From an uncultured Dehalococcoidales bacterium (GTDB lineage Bacteria > Chloroflexota > Dehalococcoidia > Dehalococcoidales > JAUVZE01), in contig CAZNEL010000008.1 in assembly GCA_964572285.1 (NCBI GenBank), positions 9,064-33,063 of the forward strand: a stretch of 24,000 nt of DNA, read 5' to 3'. Numbering within the stretch: the stretch's first letter is position 1; the number at the start of each line of letters is the position of its first letter. The notes beneath the pieces were generated by a model that worked only from the letters and a program-made list of their open reading frames with translations, had not been told where the DNA came from and did no database searches. This document shows, piece by piece, positions 16,245 through 24,000 of the stretch. Both the position numbers and the translations under genes were made by a program.

Positions 16245-17096
16245 TTGTCCAGGGTTGACCTCCATATCCATTCCACCGCTTCTGATGGTCGCCTTAGTCC
16301 AGCAGAGGTCGTCCGCCAAGCGGCAAAGAATGGGTTAAGCGTTATTGCTATCACCGACCACGACACCATAGATGGGATTGCCTCAGCCCTGATAACAGCC
16401 AAAGGCTTCCCTGGGCTCGAAGTTATACCCGGTATTGAACTGAGCACTTATGTACCTCAAGGTGAAGTCCATATTCTCGGCTACTTCATAGATTATAATG
16501 ACCATGAGTTTCAAGCCATTTTAGAAGGATTACGCAACTCCCGAATCAAGCGGGCTCAAGAAATGGTTGCTAAACTGAAGAAGTTGGATATCAATATTGA
16601 CTGGAAACGGGTTAAAGAAATAGCTGGAGAAGGCTCTATCGGGCGCCCCCATATCGCTCAAGCCATGCTGGAAAAAGGCTATATCAGCTCACTGAAGGAG
16701 GCCTTTGACAAGTATATCAGCCGTGATGGCCCGGCCTACGTTGAGCGGGAAAAGATGACCCCGGTTGAAGCAGTAGAGTTAATCATTAAGTTTAACGGGC
16801 TGTCAGTGTTAGCCCACCCATTCACTTCCAATAACACCAGGACGCTGGTTGCTGAGCTGAAGATAGCCGGCCTAGTAGGCATTGAGACCTATTACAAGGA
16901 CTATACTACCGATAATATTAATGAGCTGATTGGCCTTGCTGATAAGTATGGTCTTATTACCACCGGCGGTACTGACTACCACGGGCTAAAACCCGCCAGT
17001 GAAACTATAATTGGCGGTGTCGATGTGCCAATGGAATCTGTAGAACGCCTTATAGCCTTAGCTAAAGACCGAGCACTAAACCTGACCGGTCTATAG
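16245..17096 (+). CDS. PHP-domain phosphoesterase (TrpH/YciV-like)
   Basis: VDLHIHSTASDG...ITDHDT... are the PHP metal-binding His/Asp motifs. TTG start with AAGGAGG upstream. Confidence 0.85.
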   Translation: MSRVDLHIHSTASDGRLSPAEVVRQAAKNGLSVIAITDHDTIDGIASALITAKGFPGLEVIPGIELSTYVPQGEVHILGYFIDYNDHEFQAILEGLRNSRIKRAQEMVAKLKKLDINIDWKRVKEIAGEGSIGRPHIAQAMLEKGYISSLKEAFDKYISRDGPAYVEREKMTPVEAVELIIKFNGLSVLAHPFTSNNTRTLVAELKIAGLVGIETYYKDYTTDNINELIGLADKYGLITTGGTDYHGLKPASETIIGGVDVPMESVERLIALAKDRALNLTGL

Positions 17097-17120
17097 AAAG
17101 CAATTTCAACGGAGGTTCCG

Positions 17121-17861
17121 GTGGCTATCGAGTTTGGGCTATTAATCATAGGTGCCTATCTTTTAGGTTCGGTGCCATTCGCTTACTTGGCGGCTAAGTG
17201 GTCCCGAGGGATAGACATCAGGCAATACGGCAGCGGCAATATCGGAGCCAGTAATGTACTGAGGACAACTTCAAAGTGGCTTGCTATTCCGGTTACTATC
17301 TTCGATATCGGCAAGGGTATATTAGCCGTGTGGGTAGCTCAACTAATAGGCCTCGGGACTATGGAACAGGTAGTAGTAGGTTTAGCGGCGATAGTAGGAC
17401 ATAACTGGTCTGTCTTTTTACGTTTTCAGGGAGGGCGTGGTATTTTTACTAGCCTGGGCGTTATTCTCATTCTATCACCCGTAATAGGACTAATAATGAT
17501 AGTCATAGCTTACTCTTTAGCTCTATTTCGAAAGCTATCTCTAGGTGTTCTTATAGCACTGGGCTCTTTGCCAATACTGAGTTGGTTTCTCAGCCAGCCA
17601 TTTGGTATTGAGGATAAGCTAACCATTACGCTAGGTTATCTCGCTATACTGTTAATAGCTTTATTCAGACGATTAACAGCACCACGTACCTCAGTTACAG
17701 CGTCAGTGAGTACCAGGCGATTACTGGTCAATCGCCTGCTCTTCGACCGTGATATAATAGACCGGGAAGCTTGGATACATCGGACACCGCTCCAGACTGG
17801 TTCGGCAGAACAAACCCCTGGACAAGAGGAAAAAAAAGGAAAGGATCCTCAGATAAGATGA
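17121..17861 (+). CDS. plsY: Glycerol-3-phosphate acyltransferase PlsY with a roughly 50-aa hydrophilic C-terminal extension
   Basis: GSGNIGASNVLRT and GHNWSVFLRFQGGRG are PlsY signature motifs. GTG start 5 nt after GGAGG. Confidence 0.92.
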   Translation: MAIEFGLLIIGAYLLGSVPFAYLAAKWSRGIDIRQYGSGNIGASNVLRTTSKWLAIPVTIFDIGKGILAVWVAQLIGLGTMEQVVVGLAAIVGHNWSVFLRFQGGRGIFTSLGVILILSPVIGLIMIVIAYSLALFRKLSLGVLIALGSLPILSWFLSQPFGIEDKLTITLGYLAILLIALFRRLTAPRTSVTASVSTRRLLVNRLLFDRDIIDREAWIHRTPLQTGSAEQTPGQEEKKGKDPQIR

Positions 17862-18343
17862 AGTGTGCCACTCACCCTCAGGTTGAAACTAATCTCAGGT
17901 GTGGTAAATGTGGTAAACCTATATGTCCCAAGTGCATGGTGCAGACTCCAGTGGGAGCCCGATGCCTGGATTGTGCTCGGCTATACAAGCTACCTACCTA
18001 TCGTGTCTCTACTCAATACTACCTGCGAGCTGCTGGAACAGGACTAGGTATGGCGATTGTTTGCGGCACTATCTGGAGTGTGATAGGAAATTTCGTGCCG
18101 TTCTTTTATCTTAACTTACTAATAGCCCCCGGCATTGGCTACGCTATCGGAGAGGTAATTGGCCTGTCAGTTAACCGTAAGCGCGGCACCGGCTTAGCCA
18201 TTGTTGCCGGAGCCGCTGTGGTAATAAGCTACCTGGTGAGCATTCTACTACCCTTGGGGTTCCCTCTAGGTTTATTTAATATCGTTTTTGACCTGATAGC
18301 CCTAGGCCTAGGTATCTGGATTGCCATAACACGGTTACGTTAA
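17858..18343 (+). CDS. B-box zinc-finger membrane protein
   Basis: Track ORF starts at 17771. I prefer ATG 17858, which overlaps the plsY stop (ATGA). MKCATHPQVETNLRCGKCGKPICPKCMVQTPVGARCLDCAR is a Cys/His B-box-like cluster followed by about 4 predicted TM helices. Confidence 0.75.
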   Translation: MKCATHPQVETNLRCGKCGKPICPKCMVQTPVGARCLDCARLYKLPTYRVSTQYYLRAAGTGLGMAIVCGTIWSVIGNFVPFFYLNLLIAPGIGYAIGEVIGLSVNRKRGTGLAIVAGAAVVISYLVSILLPLGFPLGLFNIVFDLIALGLGIWIAITRLR

Positions 18344-18416
18344 GGCCCGGATTAATTGATTTAGCATAAACCGATTCTACGGTAAAACTACTTAATAAGG
18401 GAGGAGTCAAAGTATC

Positions 18417-20456
18417 ATGACGCCGGTTAGTATGATGTACGGAAATATCTCAGGGTATGTGCTCTTTTGGGGGATAACGGCTCTGGCTGTGGGTCTATTC
18501 CTGCACCGGATGTATCAGCTTTTGCGATACATGTTCCTCGGGCAGAAGATGCAAAGTGTTAGCCACCTGTTGCGACGAACACTGGACACCGCCTGGATAG
18601 CATTAACACAGTGGTGCCAATTGAAAAACCTGGCCCCCAAGGATAGAGCCAGTATCGGCCATGCCTTTATGTTCTGGGGTTTCTCTGTTTTTGTCCTTTT
18701 CTATTTCCTGTTCATTATCCTCGGCGCTGGCTTTGGCTTGTCCGAAACACTGGAAAACACCGGCTTCTTCTTCCGTTATGCCTGGGTCATGGATATCATG
18801 GCTGTCTTTGTTATCACCGGTGCTGCCTGGGGCATCATCCGCAGATATATCGTTAGGCCACCAAGACTTGAAGGTGAGCAGACAGTTGAAGCCATGGTTA
18901 TTCTGCTTACTGTCCTGGTCCACCCGATGACCCATCTTTTTAAAGAAGCAACCAGTATTGCCCTAGGACACCCCCCGGCTGGTATGGGTTTTGCGACTCT
19001 ACCGCCGGTAAGTGCTGCTCTCAGTAATATTTTTAATGGTAGCTCTATAGCGACGATTGAGACGGCAAGTATCTGCTTCTTCTGGGCACACTGGCTCACC
19101 GTTCTGTTTGTCCTGGTCTTTATCGCCTATTCAAGGTATCTCCACATGCTGGCGTCCCTATTTAATATCTTCCTGAAGTCACCGCTACCTACGGGCGCTC
19201 TCCGCTCCATCGATTTTGAATCTGCAGAGACTCTCGGGATTTCCAAGATAACTAACCTTGACTGGAAACAGGTTCTAGACCTCTATTCTTGTGTATCCTG
19301 TGGGAATTGCCAGGTTCTATGCCCGGCATTTTCCAGTGGTAAAACACTTAGTCCCAAAAATATAATTCAGGACCTCAAGCACCGATTGCTTGAGGTCGGA
19401 CCTAAGCTAATCAAAGCTAAAGACGAGGCAGAATCATCTGCCATCAACCCCGATAATTCGATAGTCGGCACCGTTCTTACTGAAGATGACATCTGGGCTT
19501 GCACCACCTGCCGTGCCTGCGACGAGGTTTGTCCTGTCTGGGTAGATCATATTGATAAGATCATCGATGTAAGACGAAATCTGGTTATGGAGCAATCGCA
19601 AATTCCTGAGACAGCTGAGGCTGCTCTTAGAAGTATTGAAAATAGAGGCCACCCATGGCGAGGCACTACCTTCAGCCGAACCGACTGGGCTGAAGGACTA
19701 GATATTAAGATTCTAGCTGAAGATAGTGACATAGACATTCTATTTTGGGTTGGCTGCACCTCAGCGTTGGAAGAACGAAGCATGAAAGTAGCGCAATCAG
19801 TGGCTAAAGTACTGAAGCTGGCCGGAATCAATTTCGGCATTCTGGGAGCTGAGGAAAGCTGCTGTGGCGATCCAGCGCGCCGCCTGGGTAACGAGTACCT
19901 TTTCCAGATGCAAGCCGAGAAAAATATCGAGCTATTGAAACAATACAATGTTAAGAAAATAGTTACCGCCTGTCCCCATGGCTATCACATCCTGAAGAAT
20001 GAATACCCTCAGTTTGGTGGTAAATTTGAGGTTATGCACCATAGTGAATTTATCGCTAACTTGTTAAAAGAAGGTAAAATAAAGGTTAACAAAGGTGCTA
20101 AAGGCATAATAACCTACCACGATGCCTGCTACCTGGGTAGATATAATAATATTTTCGAGCCACCGCGAAATATTTTACATAGCTTGCCTGATGCTACTTT
20201 AGTTGAGATGGAGAACAACCGGAAGCAAGGGTTCTGCTGCGGAGGTGGTGGTGGTCACATGTGGCTTGAAGAGCATGCGGGCAGTAGAATTAATGAGGTA
20301 CGTACCGAACAGGCAATCGATACTAAAGCCCAGATTGTGGCTACTGCCTGTCCTTTCTGCCTGCAAATGTTCGAGGACGGCATCAAGACAAAAGAGGCTG
20401 AAGAATCGATCAAGGCTATGGATATTGCCGAGATAATAGCAGAATCGGCAGTATAG
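18417..20456 (+). CDS. Membrane-bound Fe-S oxidoreductase: NarI/DsrM-like 5-TM domain fused to an HdrD/DsrK/GlpC-like domain
   Basis: The N-terminal ~250 aa are hydrophobic with conserved-looking His residues (GHAFMFWG, WAHWL, YLHM). There are two ferredoxin motifs (CVSCGNCQVLCP, CTTCRACDEVCP) and two CCG cysteine-rich domains (C..CCGDP, C..CCGGGG...CPFC). Confidence 0.9.
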   Translation: MTPVSMMYGNISGYVLFWGITALAVGLFLHRMYQLLRYMFLGQKMQSVSHLLRRTLDTAWIALTQWCQLKNLAPKDRASIGHAFMFWGFSVFVLFYFLFIILGAGFGLSETLENTGFFFRYAWVMDIMAVFVITGAAWGIIRRYIVRPPRLEGEQTVEAMVILLTVLVHPMTHLFKEATSIALGHPPAGMGFATLPPVSAALSNIFNGSSIATIETASICFFWAHWLTVLFVLVFIAYSRYLHMLASLFNIFLKSPLPTGALRSIDFESAETLGISKITNLDWKQVLDLYSCVSCGNCQVLCPAFSSGKTLSPKNIIQDLKHRLLEVGPKLIKAKDEAESSAINPDNSIVGTVLTEDDIWACTTCRACDEVCPVWVDHIDKIIDVRRNLVMEQSQIPETAEAALRSIENRGHPWRGTTFSRTDWAEGLDIKILAEDSDIDILFWVGCTSALEERSMKVAQSVAKVLKLAGINFGILGAEESCCGDPARRLGNEYLFQMQAEKNIELLKQYNVKKIVTACPHGYHILKNEYPQFGGKFEVMHHSEFIANLLKEGKIKVNKGAKGIITYHDACYLGRYNNIFEPPRNILHSLPDATLVEMENNRKQGFCCGGGGGHMWLEEHAGSRINEVRTEQAIDTKAQIVATACPFCLQMFEDGIKTKEAEESIKAMDIAEIIAESAV

Positions 20457-20461
20457 CGTAC

Positions 20462-20482
20462 TTCTCCAGTATTACTGGAGAA
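20462..20482 (+). other. Small intercistronic hairpin
   Basis: 8-bp stem (ttctccag 20462-20469 pairs with ctggagaa 20475-20482) with a 5-nt loop. No T-run follows. It lies between the oxidoreductase stop and the thiolase SD. Confidence 0.3.
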
Positions 20483-20503
20483 AGTCCAATTTAGGAGAAT
20501 CGC

Positions 20504-21682
20504 ATGAGAAAGGTAGCAGTAGTTGGTGTTGGGGAAACGAAATTTAGTGGTCCTCAGGAAAAGACAGAGGTTGAGTTATTTGCCGAAGCGGCTATGGACG
20601 CTCTTAATGAGTCAAACCTGAAACCAAAGGATATGCAGGCCCTATTTATGGGTAACTGTTTGGGAGACTTTTCCGAGGGACAGGGTATGGTGCAGGCTTT
20701 TGCTGCAGAAAACATCGGTTGTGCTGGAATTCCGGCTACCAGATATGAGGGAGCTTGTGCTTCAGCCAGCATGGCGTTAAGGGATGCTTTTTTGTGGATC
20801 GCCTCCGGTTTCTATGACATAGCCCTAGCCGGAGGCACAGAAAGGGCAGCTACCATGGGTACCCCCTTAGCCACTCGAACCTTTTCCATGTTTAGTGATA
20901 GCCACTATGAATACCCCTCAGGCATCACCTTCCCGGCTGTCTTTGCCATGTTAGCCCATCTTTACTCAGCCACGTATGCCTTACCTTTACCTAAGCTCAA
21001 AGAACAAATGGCTATGGTATCGGTTCAATCTTACCGTCGTGGTATGTTTAACCCCAAAGCACACCTGCGTAAGGAGGTAGATATAGACACGGTGCTTAAA
21101 TCTTTCATGGTGTGCTCACCTATCCAACTGCATGATTGCTGTCCATTCTCTGATGGTGGTTCTGCCATCGTCCTAACCTCAGAAGATGTAGCCAGGAAGC
21201 TTACTGACAAACCAGTCTATATTATCGGCGTTGGTCAAGCTTCAGCCGGACCTTTATCCAGCCAGCAGGATTATTTACCACGGATTAGAGCCAGGGAAAC
21301 ATCAGCCAAGCAAGCCTACGATATGGCAGGGCTCACCCCTCAGGATATAGACCTCTGTGAACTTCACGATTGCTTTAGCATTGCTAGCCTGATTGCCGCT
21401 GAAAGTCTTGGCTTCTTTGAATTTGGTAAATCAGGCGAAGCCTGGATGAAGGGTGAAGCCGATATTGGTGGCAAGATAGCTATAAACCCCTCTGGTGGAT
21501 TGAAATCTAAAGGGCATCCTATAGGCGCCACTGGTGCTGGTCAAGTTTACGAAGTAGTGAAACAATTAAGAGGAGAAATAGAACCAGAGCGACAGGTAGA
21601 AGACGCTAAAATAGGCATGACCGATACACTGGGTGGAGACGGCGGCACCCTGGTTAACCTGATTCTACAACGGGGCTGGTAA
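20504..21682 (+). CDS. Thiolase-superfamily protein, SCP-x/non-specific lipid-transfer-type (acyl-CoA C-acyltransferase-like)
   Basis: MRKVAVVGVGETKF..., YEGACASASMAL (active-site Cys region), ELHDCFS and NPSGGLKSKGHPIGATG are typical of the DUF35-partnered thiolase family. Confidence 0.9.
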   Translation: MRKVAVVGVGETKFSGPQEKTEVELFAEAAMDALNESNLKPKDMQALFMGNCLGDFSEGQGMVQAFAAENIGCAGIPATRYEGACASASMALRDAFLWIASGFYDIALAGGTERAATMGTPLATRTFSMFSDSHYEYPSGITFPAVFAMLAHLYSATYALPLPKLKEQMAMVSVQSYRRGMFNPKAHLRKEVDIDTVLKSFMVCSPIQLHDCCPFSDGGSAIVLTSEDVARKLTDKPVYIIGVGQASAGPLSSQQDYLPRIRARETSAKQAYDMAGLTPQDIDLCELHDCFSIASLIAAESLGFFEFGKSGEAWMKGEADIGGKIAINPSGGLKSKGHPIGATGAGQVYEVVKQLRGEIEPERQVEDAKIGMTDTLGGDGGTLVNLILQRGW

Positions 21683-21716
21683 GACATTACATGATTTACT
21701 TCTAAGGAGACTAAAA

Positions 21717-22127
21717 ATGGAACATAAGCTTACTTTCAAAGAGTATAACGAGGCTCTCAAGCAGAATAAACTGTTAGGTTTAAAGTGCCAGGATTGTGGT
21801 GCTATCACAGTGCCGCCCAAGATGGTTTGCCGCAAATGTACCAGCCCAGATATGGAAATCGTTGAATTAACCGGCAAGGGTAAAATTAAAACTTTTACCA
21901 CCGTTAATGTAGCTCCAGAAGGGCGCGAGGGTGAGGTCCCCTATATTATAGTACTGGTTGAACTTGACGAAGGGCCATGGCTAATGGGTAACTTTATCAG
22001 TACCGACCCAGGTAACGCCAATATGGAACTAATCAGCAAAAGGGTAAAGATGGGGCACAAAGTATTCACAGGCGATAAGTATTCGGCTGGTGAGGCAGCT
22101 AGCCCGCTATTTAGCTTCGAAATATAA
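21717..22127 (+). CDS. DUF35 OB-fold/zinc-ribbon protein (thiolase partner)
   Basis: 136 aa with a rubredoxin-like CQDCG...CRKC followed by an OB-fold-like segment. Located directly downstream of the thiolase, as is usual for this pair. Confidence 0.9.
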   Translation: MEHKLTFKEYNEALKQNKLLGLKCQDCGAITVPPKMVCRKCTSPDMEIVELTGKGKIKTFTTVNVAPEGREGEVPYIIVLVELDEGPWLMGNFISTDPGNANMELISKRVKMGHKVFTGDKYSAGEAASPLFSFEI

Positions 22128-22207
22128 CATCTTAGGAATCTTAATAACCACCGATAAGTCTTTTATTCTACTTGAAATACATGGGTAGCTTTGCCGATTG
22201 GCTTAGC

Positions 22208-22420
22208 TCATTTACCAAACCGATTAATAATCTCCAAGGCAACCGAATGCAGACTGATCTTCCTTTGTACCAAGTGGTCTTCCAGTCTTCCCTGGTAATC
22301 ACCTTTACCAATCTGTTGATGAATATAATCTTTAAGAGGGCTTTCAATAGTCTCAATATCTCTCATAAGCCTGGCGGCAGCTCGAACGTCATATTCCAAT
22401 ATCTTGTTGGTCAGTTCCAT
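22208..22420 (-). CDS. Hypothetical 70-aa ORF downstream of the acyl-CoA ligase
   Basis: The most protein-like of three overlapping ORFs here. Weak SD (AAGGA abutting the ATG). The segment ILEYDVRAAARLMRDIE faintly recalls the N-terminal helix of MeaB/ArgK GTPases, but no P-loop follows. Could be a remnant. Confidence 0.3.
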   Translation of the reverse strand: MELTNKILEYDVRAAARLMRDIETIESPLKDYIHQQIGKGDYQGRLEDHLVQRKISLHSVALEIINRFGK

Positions 22421-22443
22421 TCCTTGACGTGCCTTACTGATAT

Positions 22444-24000
22444 CTAGGCTTTCCCGTACTTATCACGTAGTACCCGTCTCAGTACCTTGCCCATTTGATT
22501 ACGAGGAAGCTCATCCACAAAAACCACCGACCTCGGTCTCTTGAAACTAGATAGCCTTTCTCGACAATACTCCATTATCTCATCAGCAGTAGCTACTTCG
22601 TCACGTTTGAGCACTACTACTGCTCTGGGTTGCTCGCCCCACTCTTCATCAGGGATACTAATTACCGCCGCCTCCTCAACTTTAGGGTGAGTGCGCAGTG
22701 CAGCTTCGACTTCCTCAGGAGAGATGTTTTCTCCACCACGAATAATCATATCCGTTGCTCTGCCGGCGAGATAAAAGTAGCCACCTTCATCCGTATAGCC
22801 CATATCGCCAGTGTGGACCCAGCCGTCCTTATCTATGGTCTTTTCTGTTTTTTCCTCATCCTTCCAGTAGCCGGTCATCACCCTCGGCCCACGAGCCACA
22901 ATTTCTCCCACCTCACCTGTAGGTAGTTCACGACCACCCTCATCAATAATCTTCATTTCAACGTCGGACATGGGCCTACCAATAGAGGAAAGCCGCTCTA
23001 GTTTTTTCTCTCTTTCTGCTTCGGTTCCACTAATGATGTGGTCTTCGGGACCCAACGTAGTAATAGTTGAGGCTGTCTCCGTCTGCCCAAAAGCATTAAT
23101 AAAGCTAACCCAGGGGAAAACTTCCACGGCTTTCTTGATGACTGTAAGAGGCATCGGGGCAGCACCATAGGTTATGACCTTCAGGCTGCTCAAATCATGC
23201 TTGCCAAATTCAGGGTGTTCCATTAATTGTTTTAGCATGGTGGGAACCATCATCGCACGATTAGCCTTTTCACTTTCAACCAGCTCCATCCACTCTTTGG
23301 CACCGAACTGTCGCTCCATAACCAGTGTCCGGCCGCCATAAATGGCAGCCATCATCGCCTGGATGCCAGCCACATGGTACAGCGGAACGGTAAGAATATT
23401 CCTCTCCTCTAGTTCTGGGTCAGCTGGGGTTACATTCTCCAATACATAAACAGCAAAACTATTGTGAGATAACATAACTCCTTTAGGAAAACCGGTAGTG
23501 CCTGCGGTATACACTAATATGGTAGTATCATCATCGTCAATCTCAGTAACTATCTCACCAGCCGATGACGAAGCTAACATATCTTCATAGTACAGCATGT
23601 TGTCATGCCTACTTTCTATGGATATAAAGTAACGCACCGAGGTCAGATTCGACCGTAGGGAGTTCACTAGATCAATATACCGTTCACCAATAAGCAGCGT
23701 GCTAGATTCAGAGCTATTGAGCATGTAGGTAAGTTCATCCCCTTTGGCTCTAAAGTTTAATGGTACATAGATAGCTCCAAGTTTTGCTGTCGCAAAATAG
23801 GCTTCCACAAACTGATTACAGTTTACCTGTAGCATGGCTATCCGGTCGCCCTTCTTCACCCCCAGTTGTACGAGAGCATTAGCCAGACTATTCACCCGTT
23901 CATTTAACTGGCTGAAGGTATACCTTTTCCCTTCAAAGACAATGGCAGTCCGCTCGGGACAGATGGCTGTAGCAATACCAAGAAAATCTGCGGTGTTCAT
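22444..24000 (-). CDS. AMP-dependent acyl-CoA synthetase/ligase (fatty-acid-CoA ligase-like)
   Basis: The AMP-binding motif YTAGTTGFPKG, plus GEIVARGPRVMTGYW, TGDMGYTDEGGYFYLAGR and the C-terminal PRNQMGKVLR. The ATG lies exactly at the window edge (24000), so the true start could be upstream. Confidence 0.93.
   Translation of the reverse strand: MNTADFLGIATAICPERTAIVFEGKRYTFSQLNERVNSLANALVQLGVKKGDRIAMLQVNCNQFVEAYFATAKLGAIYVPLNFRAKGDELTYMLNSSESSTLLIGERYIDLVNSLRSNLTSVRYFISIESRHDNMLYYEDMLASSSAGEIVTEIDDDDTTILVYTAGTTGFPKGVMLSHNSFAVYVLENVTPADPELEERNILTVPLYHVAGIQAMMAAIYGGRTLVMERQFGAKEWMELVESEKANRAMMVPTMLKQLMEHPEFGKHDLSSLKVITYGAAPMPLTVIKKAVEVFPWVSFINAFGQTETASTITTLGPEDHIISGTEAEREKKLERLSSIGRPMSDVEMKIIDEGGRELPTGEVGEIVARGPRVMTGYWKDEEKTEKTIDKDGWVHTGDMGYTDEGGYFYLAGRATDMIIRGGENISPEEVEAALRTHPKVEEAAVISIPDEEWGEQPRAVVVLKRDEVATADEIMEYCRERLSSFKRPRSVVFVDELPRNQMGKVLRRVLRDKYGKA

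Noticed and set aside
22168-22447. Overlapping ORFs 22172..22447 (+, 91 aa) and 22168..22356 (-, 62 aa)
   Set aside because: Their translations look non-protein-like (for example, runs of hydrophobic and rare residues with no pattern), and they overlap the somewhat better 22208..22420 minus-strand ORF. Even that one is low confidence.

Overview
Gene-dense bacterial chromosomal window with about 30 supportable CDS. I saw no rRNA, tRNA, CRISPR array, transposase or integrase. All family calls come from reading motifs in the translations; no database search was possible. Taxon (inference only): a Chloroflexota/Dehalococcoidia-like organism. This rests on the recA-recX-rny-ymdB-PHP-plsY synteny, lipoproteins with Pro/Thr-rich linkers, a thiolase+DUF35+acyl-CoA ligase set, and a DsrMK/HdrD-like membrane Fe-S oxidoreductase. 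Layout: 1-1.5 kb holds small hypothetical genes (HTH-like ORF, lipoprotein). 1.5-2.8 kb (minus) holds zinc-ribbon, dtd and GNAT genes. 3.0-6.7 kb is the stand-out region. It contains a monocistronic, divergent tubulin/FtsZ-superfamily GTPase with mixed tubulin/CetZ-like and FtsZ-like motifs. Converging on it are a 153-aa coiled-coil protein and a 581-aa Ala/Glu/Ser/Lys-rich protein built from about 16.5 tandem 25-residue (75-nt) repeats with a poly-Glu tail. I flag this as a candidate undescribed cytoskeletal/scaffold module. 7.0-11.1 kb (minus) is a TRAP transporter operon (dctP interrupted by a frameshift, dctQ, dctM) ending in an atypical carbamoyltransferase. 11.3-18.3 kb (plus) runs NYN-domain protein, recA, recX, rny, ymdB-like phosphoesterase, PHP phosphatase, plsY, and a B-box membrane protein. 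18.4-24.0 kb holds a fused membrane cytochrome-b-like/HdrD-like Fe-S oxidoreductase, an SCP-x-type thiolase, a DUF35 OB-fold protein, and a convergent acyl-CoA synthetase that starts at the window edge.
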